Shown: piece by piece, positions 32,542 to 46,900 of the stretch | Layout: each line of letters begins with the position of its first letter | How positions within the stretch are numbered: position 1 is the first letter of the stretch | Origin: Bugula neritina | Lineage: Eukaryota > Animalia > Bryozoa | Length of the DNA stretch: 64,000 nt | Assembly: GCA_964035545.1 (NCBI GenBank) | Contig: CAXIUT010000230.1 | Location: 1,240,001 to 1,304,000, forward strand | Direction: 5' to 3' | The notes under the pieces: generated by a model | The model's database searches: none | What the model was told of the DNA's origin: nothing | What the model saw: the letters and a program-made list of their open reading frames with translations, nothing else | Translations under genes and position numbers: made by a program

Positions 32542-34085
32542 TATACTGCAACATACTGAAATACACTATAACATATTGAAATATACTGCAACATACTGAA
32601 TTACACTCTAACATACTGAAATATGCTGTAGCATACTGAAATACACTGCAACACACTGAAGTATACTGTAATACGCTGAAATGTAATGCAACATACTGAA
32701 TTATACTGCAACATAGTGCAACATACTGAAATACACTGTGACACACTGAAATACACTGAAACATAATGCAACATACTGCAACATACTGAAATACACTGTA
32801 ACATATCGAAATACACTGCAACATACTGCAACATACTGCAACATACTGAAATACACTACAACATACTGCAACATACTGAAATACACTGGAACATATTGAA
32901 ATACACTGCGACACATTGAAACATACTGCAACATACTGAAATATACTGCAAGCTACTGCAACATACTGAAACAGACTGTGACATACTGAAATACACTGCA
33001 ACATACTGCAAGATACCGCAACCTACTGATATACACTGAAACATATTGAAATACAGTGCATCATACTGCCACATACTGAATTACACTGGAACATATTGAT
33101 ATACACTGCAACACATTGAAATATACTGCAACACACTGAAACATACGGCAATATACCAAAATATACTGCGACACACTGAAAAATTTTGCAACATACGAAT
33201 TATACTTCAAGTGGTGCAACATTCTGAAATACAATGTGACACACTGAAATACACTGCAACATACTGCAACATACTGCAACATACTGAAATATTGTGCGAC
33301 ACATTGAAATATACTGCAACATATTGAAATATACTGTAACATACTGCAACATACTAAAATACACTGCAACATACTGAAATACATAGCAACACATTAAAAT
33401 AAACTGCGACATACTGAAACATACTGCAACATGCTGAAATATACTGCAACATACTGAAATACACTATAACATATTGAAATATACTGCAACATACTGAATT
33501 ACACTCTAACATACTGAAATATGCTGTAGCATACTGAAATACACTGCAACACACTGAAGTATACTGTAATACACTGAAATGTAATGCAACATACTGAATT
33601 ATACTGCAACATAGTGCAACATACTGAAATACACTGTGACACACTGAAATACACTGAAACATAATGCAACATACTGCAACATACTGAAATACACTGTAAC
33701 ATATCGAAATACACTGCAACATACTGCAACATACTGAAATACACCGTAACATATCGAAATACACTTCAACATACTGCAACATACTGAAATGCACCGGAAC
33801 ATAATGGAATACCCTGCAACACATTGAAATATACTGCAACAGACTGAAACATAAGGTAACACAATGAAGTATACTGCGACACATTAAAATATACTGCAAC
33901 ATACTGTAATAGACTGCAACATACTGAAATGTAATGTAATATACAGAAATGTACTGTAACATACTGAATTGCACTCTAACATACTGAAATATGCTGTAGC
34001 ATACTGAAATACACTGCAACACACTGAGGTATACTGTAATACACTGAAATGTGATGCAACATACTGAATTATACTGCAACATAGT

Positions 34086-37000
34086 GCAACATACTGAAAT
34101 ACACTACAACAATCTGCAACATACTGAAATACACCGGAACATATAGAAATACACTGCGACACATTGAAACATACTGCAACATACTGAAATACACTGGGAC
34201 ACATTGAAATACACTGCAAAATACTGCAACATACTGCAACATACTGAAATACATTGCAACACATTAAAATATACTGCAACATACTGAAACATACTGAAAT
34301 ATACTGCAACACACTGAAACATACGGCAACATACCGAAATAAACTGCGACACGTTGAAAATTACTGCAACATACTGAAATATACTGCGACGCCTTAAAAT
34401 ATACTGCAACATACTGAAATAGACTGCAAGTGGTGCAACATACTAAAATACCTTGTGACACACTGAATTACACTGCAACATACTGCAACATACTGAAATA
34501 TTGTGCGACACAATAAAATATACTGCAACATATTGAAATATACTGTAACATACTGCAACATACTAAAATACACTGCAACACATTAAAATATACTGCAACA
34601 TACTGAAACATACTGCAACATACTGAAATACACTGTGACACCCTGAAATACACTGCAACATACTGCAACATACTGCAACATACTGAATTACACTGGAACA
34701 TATTGATATACACTGCAACACATTGAAATATACTGCAACACACTGAACCATATGGCAACATACCGAAATTTACTGCGACACACTGAAAAATACTGCAACA
34801 TACGAATTATACTTCAAGTGGTACAACATACTGAAATACAATGTGACACACTGAAATGCACTGCAACATACTGCAACATACTGCAACATACTGAAATATC
34901 GTGCGACACATTGAAATATACTGCAACGTATTGAAATATACTGTAACATACTGCAACATACTAAAATACACTGCAACATACTGAAATACATTGCAACACA
35001 TTAAAATATACTGCGACATACTGAAACATACTGCAACATGCTGAAATATACTGCAACATACTGAAATACACTATAACATATTGAAATATACTGCAACATA
35101 CTGAATTACACTCTAACATACTGAAATATGCTGTAGCATACTGAAATACACTGGAACACACTGAAGTATACTGTAATACACTGAAATGTAATGCAACATA
35201 CTGAATTATACTGCAACATAGTGCAACATACTGAAATACACTGTGACACACTGAAATACACTGAAACATAATGCAACATACTGCAACATACTGAAATACA
35301 CTGTAACATATCGAAATACACTGCAACATACTGCAACATAGTGCAACATACTGAAATACACTACAACATACTGCAACATACTGAAATACACTGGAACATA
35401 TTAAAATACACTGCGACACATTGAAACATACTGCAACATACTGAAATATACTGCAAGATACTTCAACATACTGAAACAGACTGTGACATACTGAAATACA
35501 CTGCAACATACTGCAAGATACCGCAACCTACTGAAATACACTGAAACATATTGAAATACACTGCATCATACTGCAACATACTGAATTACAATGGAACATA
35601 TTGATATACACTGCAACACATTGAAATATACTGCAACACACTGAAACATATGGCAATATACCAAAATATACTGCGACACCTTGAAAAATACTGCAACATA
35701 CGAAATATACTGCAAGTGGTGCAACATACTGAAATACAATGTGACATACTGCAACATACTGAAATATACTGCAAGATACCGCAACCTACTGAAATACACT
35801 GTAACATATTGAAATACACTGCATCATACTGCAACATACTGAATTACACTGGAACATATTGATATACACTGCAACACATTCAAATATACTGCAACACACT
35901 GAAACATGCGGCAATATACCGAAATATACTGCGACACCTTGAAAAATACTGCGACATACGAAATATACTGCAAGTGGTGCAACATACTGAAATACAATGT
36001 GACACACTAGAATACACTGCAACATACTGCAACATACTGCAACATACTGAAATAGTGTGCGACACATTGAAATATTCTGCAACGTATTGAAATATACTGT
36101 AACATACTGCAACATACTAAAATACACTGCAACATACTGAAATACATTGCAACACATTAAAATATACTGCGACATACTGAAACATACTGCAACATGCTGA
36201 AATATACTGCAATATACTGAAATACACTATAACATATTGAAATATACTGCAACATACTGAATTACACTCTAACATACTGAAATATGCTGTAGCATACTGA
36301 AATACACTGCAACACACTGAAGTATACTGTAATACACTGAAATGTAATGCAACATACTGAATTATACTGCAACATAGTGCAACATACTGAAATACACTGT
36401 GACACACTGAAATACACTGAAACATAATGCAACATACTGCAACATACTGAAATACACTGTAACATATCGAAATGCACTGCAACATACTGCAACATACTGC
36501 AACATACTGAAATACACCGTAACATATCGAAATACACTTCAACATACTGCAACATACTGAAATGCACCGGAACATAATGGAATACCCTGCAACACATTGA
36601 AATATACTGCAACAGACTGAAACATAAGGTAACACAAAGAAGTATACTGCGACACATTAAAATATAATGCAACATACTGAAATAGACTGCAACATACTGA
36701 AATGTAATGTAATATACAGAAATGTACTGTAACATACTGAATTACACTCTAACATACTGAAATATGCTGTAGCATACTGAAATACACTGCAACACACTGA
36801 AGTATACTGTAATACACTGAAATGTGATGCAACACACTGAATTATACTGCAACATAGTGCAACATACTGAAATACACTACAACAAACTGCAACATACTGA
36901 AATACACTGGAACATTTTGAAATACACTGCGACACATTGAAACATACTGCAACATACTGAAATACACTGGGACACATTGAAATACACTGCAACATACTGC

Positions 37001-39265
37001 AACATACTGCAACATACTGAAATACATTGCAACACATTAAAATATACTGCAACATACTGAAACCTACTGCAACATACTGAAATATACTGCAACACACTGA
37101 AACATACGACAACATACCGAAATAAACTGCGACACGTTGAAAATTACTGCAACATACTGAAATACACTACAACAATCTGCAACATACTGAAATACACCGG
37201 AACATATAGAAATACACTGCGACACATTGAAACATACTGCAACATACTGAAATACACTGGGACACATTGAAATACACTGCAAAATACTGCAACATACTGC
37301 AACATACTGAAATACATTGCAACACATTAAAATATACTGCAACATACTGAAACATACTGAAATATACTGCAACACACTGAAACATACGGCAACATACCGA
37401 AATAAACTGCGACACGTTGAAAATTACTGCAACATACTGAAATATACTGCGACGCCTTAAAATATACTGCAACATACTGAAATAGACTGCAAGTGGTGCA
37501 ACATACTGAAATACCTTGTGACACACTGAATTACACTGCAACATACTGCAACATACTGAAATATTGTGCGACACAATAAAATATACTGCAACATATTGAA
37601 ATATACTGTAACATACTGCAACATACTAAAATACACTGCAACACATTAAAATATACTGCAACATACTGAAACATACTGCAACATACTGAAATACACTGTG
37701 ACACCCTGAAATACACTGCAACATACTGCAACATACTGCAACATACTGAATTACACTGGAACATATTGATATACACTGCAACACATTGAAATATACTGCA
37801 ACACACTGAACCATATGGCAACATACCGAAATTTACTGCGACACACTGAAAAATACTGCAACAATTGAATTATACTTCAAGTGGTACAACATACTGAAAT
37901 ACAATGTGACACACTGAAATGCACTGCAACATACTGCAACATACTGCAACATACTGAAATATTGTGCGACACATTGAAATATACTGCAACGTATTGAAAT
38001 ATACTGTAACATACTGCAACATACTAAAATACACTGCAACATACTGAAATACATTGCAACACATTAAAATATACTGCGACATACTGAAACATACTGCAAC
38101 ATGCTGAAATATACTGCAACATACTGAGATACACTATAACATATTGAAATATACTGCAACATACTGAATTACACTCTAACATACTGAAATATGCTGTAGC
38201 ATACTGAAATACACTGGAACACACTGAAGTATACTGTAATACACTGAAATGTAATGCAACATACTGAATTATACTGCAACATAGTGCAACATACTGAAAT
38301 ACACTGTGACACACTGAAATACACTGAAACATAATGCAACATACTGCAACATACTGAAATACACTGTAACATATCGAAATACACTGCAACATACTGCAAC
38401 ATACTGCAACATACTGAAATACACTACAACATACTGCAACATACTGAAATACACTGGAACATATTAAAATACACTGCGACACATTGAAACATACTGCAAC
38501 ATACTGAAATATACTGCAAGATACTTCAACATACTGAAACAGACTGTGACATACTGAAATACACTGCAACATACTGCAAGATACCGCAACCTACTGAAAT
38601 ACACTGAAACATATTGAAATACACTGCATCATACTGCAACATACTGAATTACAATGGAACATATTGATATACACTGCAACACATTGAAATATACTGCAAC
38701 ACACTGAAACATATGGCAATATACCAAAATATACTGCGACACCTTGAAAAATACTGCAACATACGAAATATACTGCAAGTGGTGCAACATACTGAAATAC
38801 AATGTGACATACTGCAACATACTGAAATATACTGCAAGATACCGCAACCTACTGAAATACACTGTAACATATTGAAATACACTGCATCATACTGCAACAT
38901 ACTGAATTACACTGGAACATATTGATATACACTGCAACACATTCAAATATACTGCAACACACTGAAACATGCGGCAATATACCGAAATATACTGCGACAC
39001 CTTGAAAAATACTGCGACATACGAAATATACTGCAAGTGGTGCAACATACTGAAATACAATGTGACACACTAGAATACACTGCAACATACTGCAACATAC
39101 TGCAACATACTGAAATAGTGTGCGACACATTGAAATATTCTGCAACGTATTGAAATATACTGTAACATACTGCAACATACTAAAATACACTGCAACATAC
39201 TGAAATACATTGCAACACATTAAAATATACTGCGACATACTGAAACATACTGCAACATGCTGAAA
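34086..39265. repeat. Direct duplication with offset 3063 bp (~34086-36200 copied at ~37149-39265)
   Basis: ORF pairs 34264/37327, 34468/37531, 34770/37833 and 35650/38713 are offset 3063. The same offset recurs at 39389/42452 and 40287/43350. Confidence 0.88.
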
Positions 39266-42200
39266 TACACTGTGACACCCTGAAATACACTGCAACATAC
39301 TGCAACATACTGCAACATACTGAATTACACTGGAACATATTGATATACACTGCAACACATTGAAATATACTGCAACACACTGAACCATATGGCAACATAC
39401 CGAAATTTACTGCGACACACTGAAAAATACTGCAACATACGAATTATACTTCAAGTGGTACAACATACTGAAATACAATGTGACACACTGAAATGCACTG
39501 CAACATACTGCAACATACTGCAACATACTGAAATATTGTGCGACACATTGAAATATACTGCAACGTATTGAAATATACTGTAACATACTGCAACATACTA
39601 AAATACACTGCAACATACTGAAATACATTGCAACACATTAAAATATACTGCGACATACTGAAACATACTGCAACATGCTGAAATATACTGCAACATACTG
39701 AAATACACTATAACATATTGAAATATACTGCAACATACTGAATTACACTCTAACATACTGAAATATGCTGTAGCATACTGAAATACACTGGAACACACTG
39801 AAGTATACTGTAATACACTGAAATGTAATGCAACATACTGAATTATACTGCAACATAGTGCAACATACTGAAATACACTGTGACACACTGAAATACACTG
39901 AAACATAATGCAACATACTGCAACATACTGAAATACACTGTAACATATCGAAATACACTGCAACATACTGCAACATACTGCAACATACTGAAATACACTA
40001 CAACATACTGCAACATACTGAAATACACTGGAACATATTAAAATACACTGCGACACATTGAAACATACTGCAACATACTGAAATATACTGCAAGATACTT
40101 CAACATACTGAAACAGACTGTGACATACTGAAATACACTGCAACATACTGCAAGATACCGCAACCTACTGAAATACACTGAAACATATTGAAATACACTG
40201 CATCATACTGCAACATACTGAATTACAATGGAACATATTGATATACACTGCAACACATTGAAATATACTGCAACACACTGAAACATATGGCAATATACCA
40301 AAATATACTGCGACACCTTGAAAAATACTGCAACATACGAAATATACTGCAAGTGGTGCAACATACTGAAATACAATGTGACATACTGCAACATACTGAA
40401 ATATACTGCAAGATACCGCAACCTACTGAAATACACTGTAACATATTGAAATACACTGCATCATACTGCAACATACTGAATTACACTGGAACATATTGAT
40501 ATACACTGCAACACATTCAAATATACTGCAACACACTGAAACATGCGGCAATATACCGAAATATACTGCGACACCTTGAAAAATACTGCGACATACGAAA
40601 TATACTGCAAGTGGTGCAACATACTGAAATACAATGTGACACACTAGAATACACTGCAACATACTGCAACATACTGCAACATACTGAAATAGTGTGCGAC
40701 ACATTGAAATATTCTGCAACGTATTGAAATATACTGTAACATACTGCAACATACTAAAATACACTGCAACATACTGAAATACATTGCAACACATTAAAAT
40801 ATACTGCGACATACTGAAACATACTGCAACATGCTGAAATATACTGCAATATACTGAAATACACTATAACATATTGAAATATACTGCAACATACTGAATT
40901 ACACTCTAACATACTGAAATATGCTGTAGCATACTGAAATACACTGCAACACACTGAAGTATACTGTAATACACTGAAATGTAATGCAACATACTGAATT
41001 ATACTGCAACATAGTGCAACATACTGAAATACACTGTGACACACTGAAATACACTGAAACATAATGCAACATACTGCAACATACTGAAATACACTGTAAC
41101 ATATCGAAATGCACTGCAACATACTGCAACATACTGCAACATACTGAAATACACCGTAACATATCGAAATACACTTCAACATACTGCAACATACTGAAAT
41201 GCACCGGAACATAATGGAATACCCTGCAACACATTGAAATATACTGCAACAGACTGAAACATAAGGTAACACAAAGAAGTATACTGCGACACATTAAAAT
41301 ATAATGCAACATACTGAAATAGACTGCAACATACTGAAATGTAATGTAATATACAGAAATGTACTGTAACATACTGAATTACACTCTAACATACTGAAAT
41401 ATGCTGTAGCATACTGAAATACACTGCAACACACTGAAGTATACTGTAATACACTGAAATGTGATGCAACACACTGAATTATACTGCAACATAGTGCAAC
41501 ATACTGAAATACACTACAACAAACTGCAACATACTGAAATACACTGGAACATTTTGAAATACACTGCGACACATTGAAACATACTGCAACATACTGAAAT
41601 ACACTGGGACACATTGAAATACACTGCAACATACTGCAACATACTGCAACATACTGAAATACATTGCAACACATTAAAATATACTGCAACATACTGAAAC
41701 CTACTGCAACATACTGAAATATACTGCAACACACTGAAACATACGACAACATACCGAAATAAACTGCGACACGTTGAAAATTACTGCAACATACTGAAAT
41801 ACACTACAACAATCTGCAACATACTGAAATACACCGGAACATATAGAAATACACTGCGACACATTGAAACATACTGCAACATACTGAAATACACTGGGAC
41901 ACATTGAAATACACTGCAAAATACTGCAACATACTGCAACATACTGAAATACATTGCAACACATTAAAATATACTGCAACATACTGAAACATACTGAAAT
42001 ATACTGCAACACACTGAAACATACGGCAACATACCGAAATAAACTGCGACACGTTGAAAATTACTGCAACATACTGAAATATACTGCGACGCCTTAAAAT
42101 ATACTGCAACATACTGAAATAGACTGCAAGTGGTGCAACATACTGAAATACCTTGTGACACACTGAATTACACTGCAACATACTGCAACATACTGAAATA

Positions 42201-43903
42201 TTGTGCGACACAATAAAATATACTGCAACATATTGAAATATACTGTAACATACTGCAACATACTAAAATACACTGCAACACATTAAAATATACTGCAACA
42301 TACTGAAACATACTGCAACATACTGAAATACACTGTGACACCCTGAAATACACTGCAACATACTGCAACATACTGCAACATACTGAATTACACTGGAACA
42401 TATTGATATACACTGCAACACATTGAAATATACTGCAACACACTGAACCATATGGCAACATACCGAAATTTACTGCGACACACTGAAAAATACTGCAACA
42501 TACGAATTATACTTCAAGTGGTACAACATACTGAAATACAATGTGACACACTGAAATGCACTGCAACATACTGCAACATACTGCAACATACTGAAATATT
42601 GTGCGACACATTGAAATATACTGCAACGTATTGAAATATACTGTAACATACTGCAACATACTAAAATACACTGCAACATACTGAAATACATTGCAACACA
42701 TTAAAATATACTGCGACATACTGAAACATACTGCAACATGCTGAAATATACTGCAACATACTGAGATACACTATAACATATTGAAATATACTGCAACATA
42801 CTGAATTACACTCTAACATACTGAAATATGCTGTAGCATACTGAAATACACTGGAACACACTGAAGTATACTAAAATACACTGAAATGTAATGCAACATA
42901 CTGAATTATACTGCAACATAGTGCAACATACTGAAATACACTGTGACACACTGAAATACACTGAAACATAATGCAACATACTGCAACATACTGAAATACA
43001 CTGTAACATATCGAAATACACTGCAACATACTGCAACATACTGCAACATACTGAAATACACTACAACATACTGCAACATACTGAAATACACTGGAACATA
43101 TTAAAATACACTGCGACACATTGAAACATACTGCAACATACTGAAATATACTGCAAGATACTTCAACATACTGAAACAGACTGTGACATACTGAAATACA
43201 CTGCAACATACTGCAAGATACCGCAACCTACTGAAATACACTGAAACATATTGAAATACACTGCATCATACTGCAACATACTGAATTACAATGGAACATA
43301 TTGATATACACTGCAACACATTGAAATATACTGCAACACACTGAAACATATGGCAATATACCAAAATATACTGCGACACCTTGAAAAATACTGCAACATA
43401 CGAAATATACTGCAAGTGGTGCAACATACTGAAATACAATGTGACATACTGCAACATACTGAAATATACTGCAAGATACCGCAACCTACTGAAATACACT
43501 GTAACATATTGAAATACACTGCATCATACTGCAACATACTGAATTACACTGGAACATATTGATATACACTGCAACACATTCAAATATACTGCAACACACT
43601 GAAACATGCGGCAATATACCGAAATATACTGCGACACCTTGAAAAATACTGCGACATACGAAATATACTGCAAGTGGTGCAACATACTGAAATACAATGT
43701 GACACACTAGAATACACTGCAACATACTGCAACATACTGCAACATACTGAAATAGTGTGCGACACATTGAAATATTCTGCAACGTATTGAAATATACTGT
43801 AACATACTGCAACATACTAAAATACACTGCAACATACTGAAATACATTGCAACACATTAAAATATACTGCGACATACTGAAACATACTGCAACATGCTGA
43901 AAT
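34625..43903. repeat. Tandem duplication of a 4637-bp block (3063 + 1574), two copies ~34625-39266 and ~39262-43903
   Basis: ORF pairs 34752/39389, 35650/40287, 36117/40754, 37064/41701 and 38713/43350 are offset 4637. A private variant gagatacactat is shared (~38126/42763). Confidence 0.92.
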
Positions 43904-46900
43904 ATACTGCAATATACTGAAATACACTATAACATATTGAAATATACTGCAACATACTGAATTACACTCTAACATACTGAAATATGCTGTAGCATACTGA
44001 AATACACTGCAACACACTGAAGTATACTGTAATACACTGAAATGTAATGCAACATACTGAATTATACTGCAACATAGTGCAACATACTGAAATACACTGT
44101 GACACACTGAAATACACTGAAACATAATGCAACATACTGCAACATACTGCAACATACTGAAATACACCGTAACATATCGAAATACACTTCAACATACTGC
44201 AACATACTGAAATGCACCGGAACATAATGGAATACCCTGCAACACATTGAAATATACTGCAACAGACTGAAACATAAGGTAACACAAAGAAGTATACTGC
44301 GACACATTAAAATATAATGCAACATACTGAAATAGACTGCAACATACTGAAATGTAATGTAATATACAGAAATGTACTGTAACATACTGAATTACACTCT
44401 AACATACTGAAATATGCTGTAGCATACTGAAATACACTGCAACACACTGAAGTATACTGTAATACACTGAAATGTGATGCAACACACTGAATTATACTGC
44501 AACATAGTGCAACATACTGAAATACACTACAACAAACTGCAACATACTGAAATACACTGGAACATTTTGAAATACACTGCGACACATTGAAACATACTGC
44601 AACATACTGAAATACACTGGGACACATTGAAATACACTGCAACATACTGCAACATACTGCAACATACTGAAATACATTGCAACACATTAAAATATACTGC
44701 AACATACTGAAACCTACTGCAACATACTGAAATATACTGCAACACACTGAAACATACGACAACATACCGAAATAAACTGCGACACGTTGAAAATTACTGC
44801 AACATACTGAAATATACTGCGACGCCTTAAAATATACTGCAACATACTGAAATAGACTGCAAGTGGTGCAACATACTGAAATACACTGTGACACACTGAA
44901 ATACACTGCAACATACTGAAACATACTGCAACATACTGAAATACACTGTGACACCCTGAAATACACTGCAACATACTGCAACATACTGCAACATACTGAA
45001 TTACACTGGAACATATTGATATACACTGCAACACATTGAAATATACTGCAACACACTGAACCATATGGCAACATACCGAAATTTACTGCGACACACTGAA
45101 AAATACTGCAACATACGAATTATACTTCAAGTGGTACAACATACTGAAATACAATGTGACACACTGAAATACACTGCAACATACTGCAACATACTGCAAC
45201 ATACTGAAATATTGTGCGACACATTGAAATATACTGCAACGTATTGAAATATACTGTAACATACTGCAACATACTAAAATACACTGCAACATACTGAAAT
45301 ACATTGCAACACATTAAAATATACTGCGACATACTGAAACATACTGCAACATGCTGAAATATACTGCAATATACTGAAATACACTATAACATATTGAAAT
45401 ATACTGCAACATACTGAATTACACTCTAACATACTGAAATATGCTGTAGCATACTGAAATACACTGCAACACACTGAAGTATACTGTAATACACTGAAAT
45501 GTAATGCAACATACTGAATTATACTGCAACATAGTGCAACATACTGAAATACACTGTGACACACTGAAATACACTGAAACATAATGCAACATACTGCAAC
45601 ATACTGAAATACACTGTAACATATCGAAATGCACTGAAACATACTGCAACATACTGCAACATACTGAAAAACACCGTAACATATCGAAATACACTTCAAC
45701 ATACTGCAACATACTGCAACATACTGAATTACACTGGAACATATTGATATACACTGCAACACATTGAAATACACTGCAACATACTGCAACATACTGCAAC
45801 ATACTGAAATACATTGCAACACATTAAAATATACTGCAACATACTGAAACCTACTGCAACATACTGAAATACACTACAACATACTGCAACATACTGAAAT
45901 ACACTGGAACATATTGAAATACACTGCGACACATTGAAACATACTGCAACATACTGAAATTTACTGCAAGATACTGCAACATACTGAAACAGACTGTGAC
46001 ATACTGAAATACACTGCAACATACTGCAAGATACCGCAACCTACTGATATACACTGAAACATATTGAAATACAGTGCATCATACTGCCACATACTGAATT
46101 ACACTGGAACATATTGATATACACTGCAACACATTGAAATATACTGCAACACACTGAAACATACGGCAATATACCAAAATATACTGCGACACCTTGAAAA
46201 ATACTGCAACATACAAAATATACTGCAAGTGGGGCAACATACTGAAATACACTGTGACATACTGAAATACACTGCAACATACTGCAGGATACTGCAACGT
46301 ACGGAAATACAGTGTAACTTATTGAATTACACTGAATCATACTGCAACATACTGAGATACACTGGAACATATTGATATACACTGCAACACATTGAAATAT
46401 ACTGCAACACACTGAACCATATGACAACATACCGAAATTTACTGCGACACACTGAAAAATTTTGCAACATACGAATTATACTTCAAGTGGTGCAACATTC
46501 TGAAATACAATGTGACACACTGAAATACACTGCAACATACTGCAACATACTGCAACATACTGAAATATTGTGCGACACATTGAAATATACTGCAACATAT
46601 TGAAATATACTGTAACATACTGCAACATACTAAAATACACTGCAACATACTGAAATACATAGCAACACATTAAAATAAACTGCGACATACTGAAACATAC
46701 TGCAACATGCTGAAATATACTGCAACATACTGAAATACACTATAACATATTGAAATATACTGCAACATACTGAATTACACTCTAACATACTGAAATATGC
46801 TGTAGCATACTGAAATACACTGCAACACACTGAAGTATACTGTAATACACTGAAATGTAATGCAACATACTGAATTATACTGCAACATAGTGCAACATAC

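Larger units (their letters stand above)
11123..32674. repeat. Tandem duplication of a 10,691-bp block (two apparently near-identical copies, ~11123-21983 and ~21814-32674)
   Basis: Dozens of consecutive ORFs recur with identical translation at offset 10691 (11219/21910, 12185/22876, 14950/25641, 15739/26430, 18273/28964, 21556/32247). Private variants are shared: gaaaagtttcgc (~13374/24065), gtgaaacact (~20540/31231), gacgcttt (~21312/32003). Confidence 0.95.
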
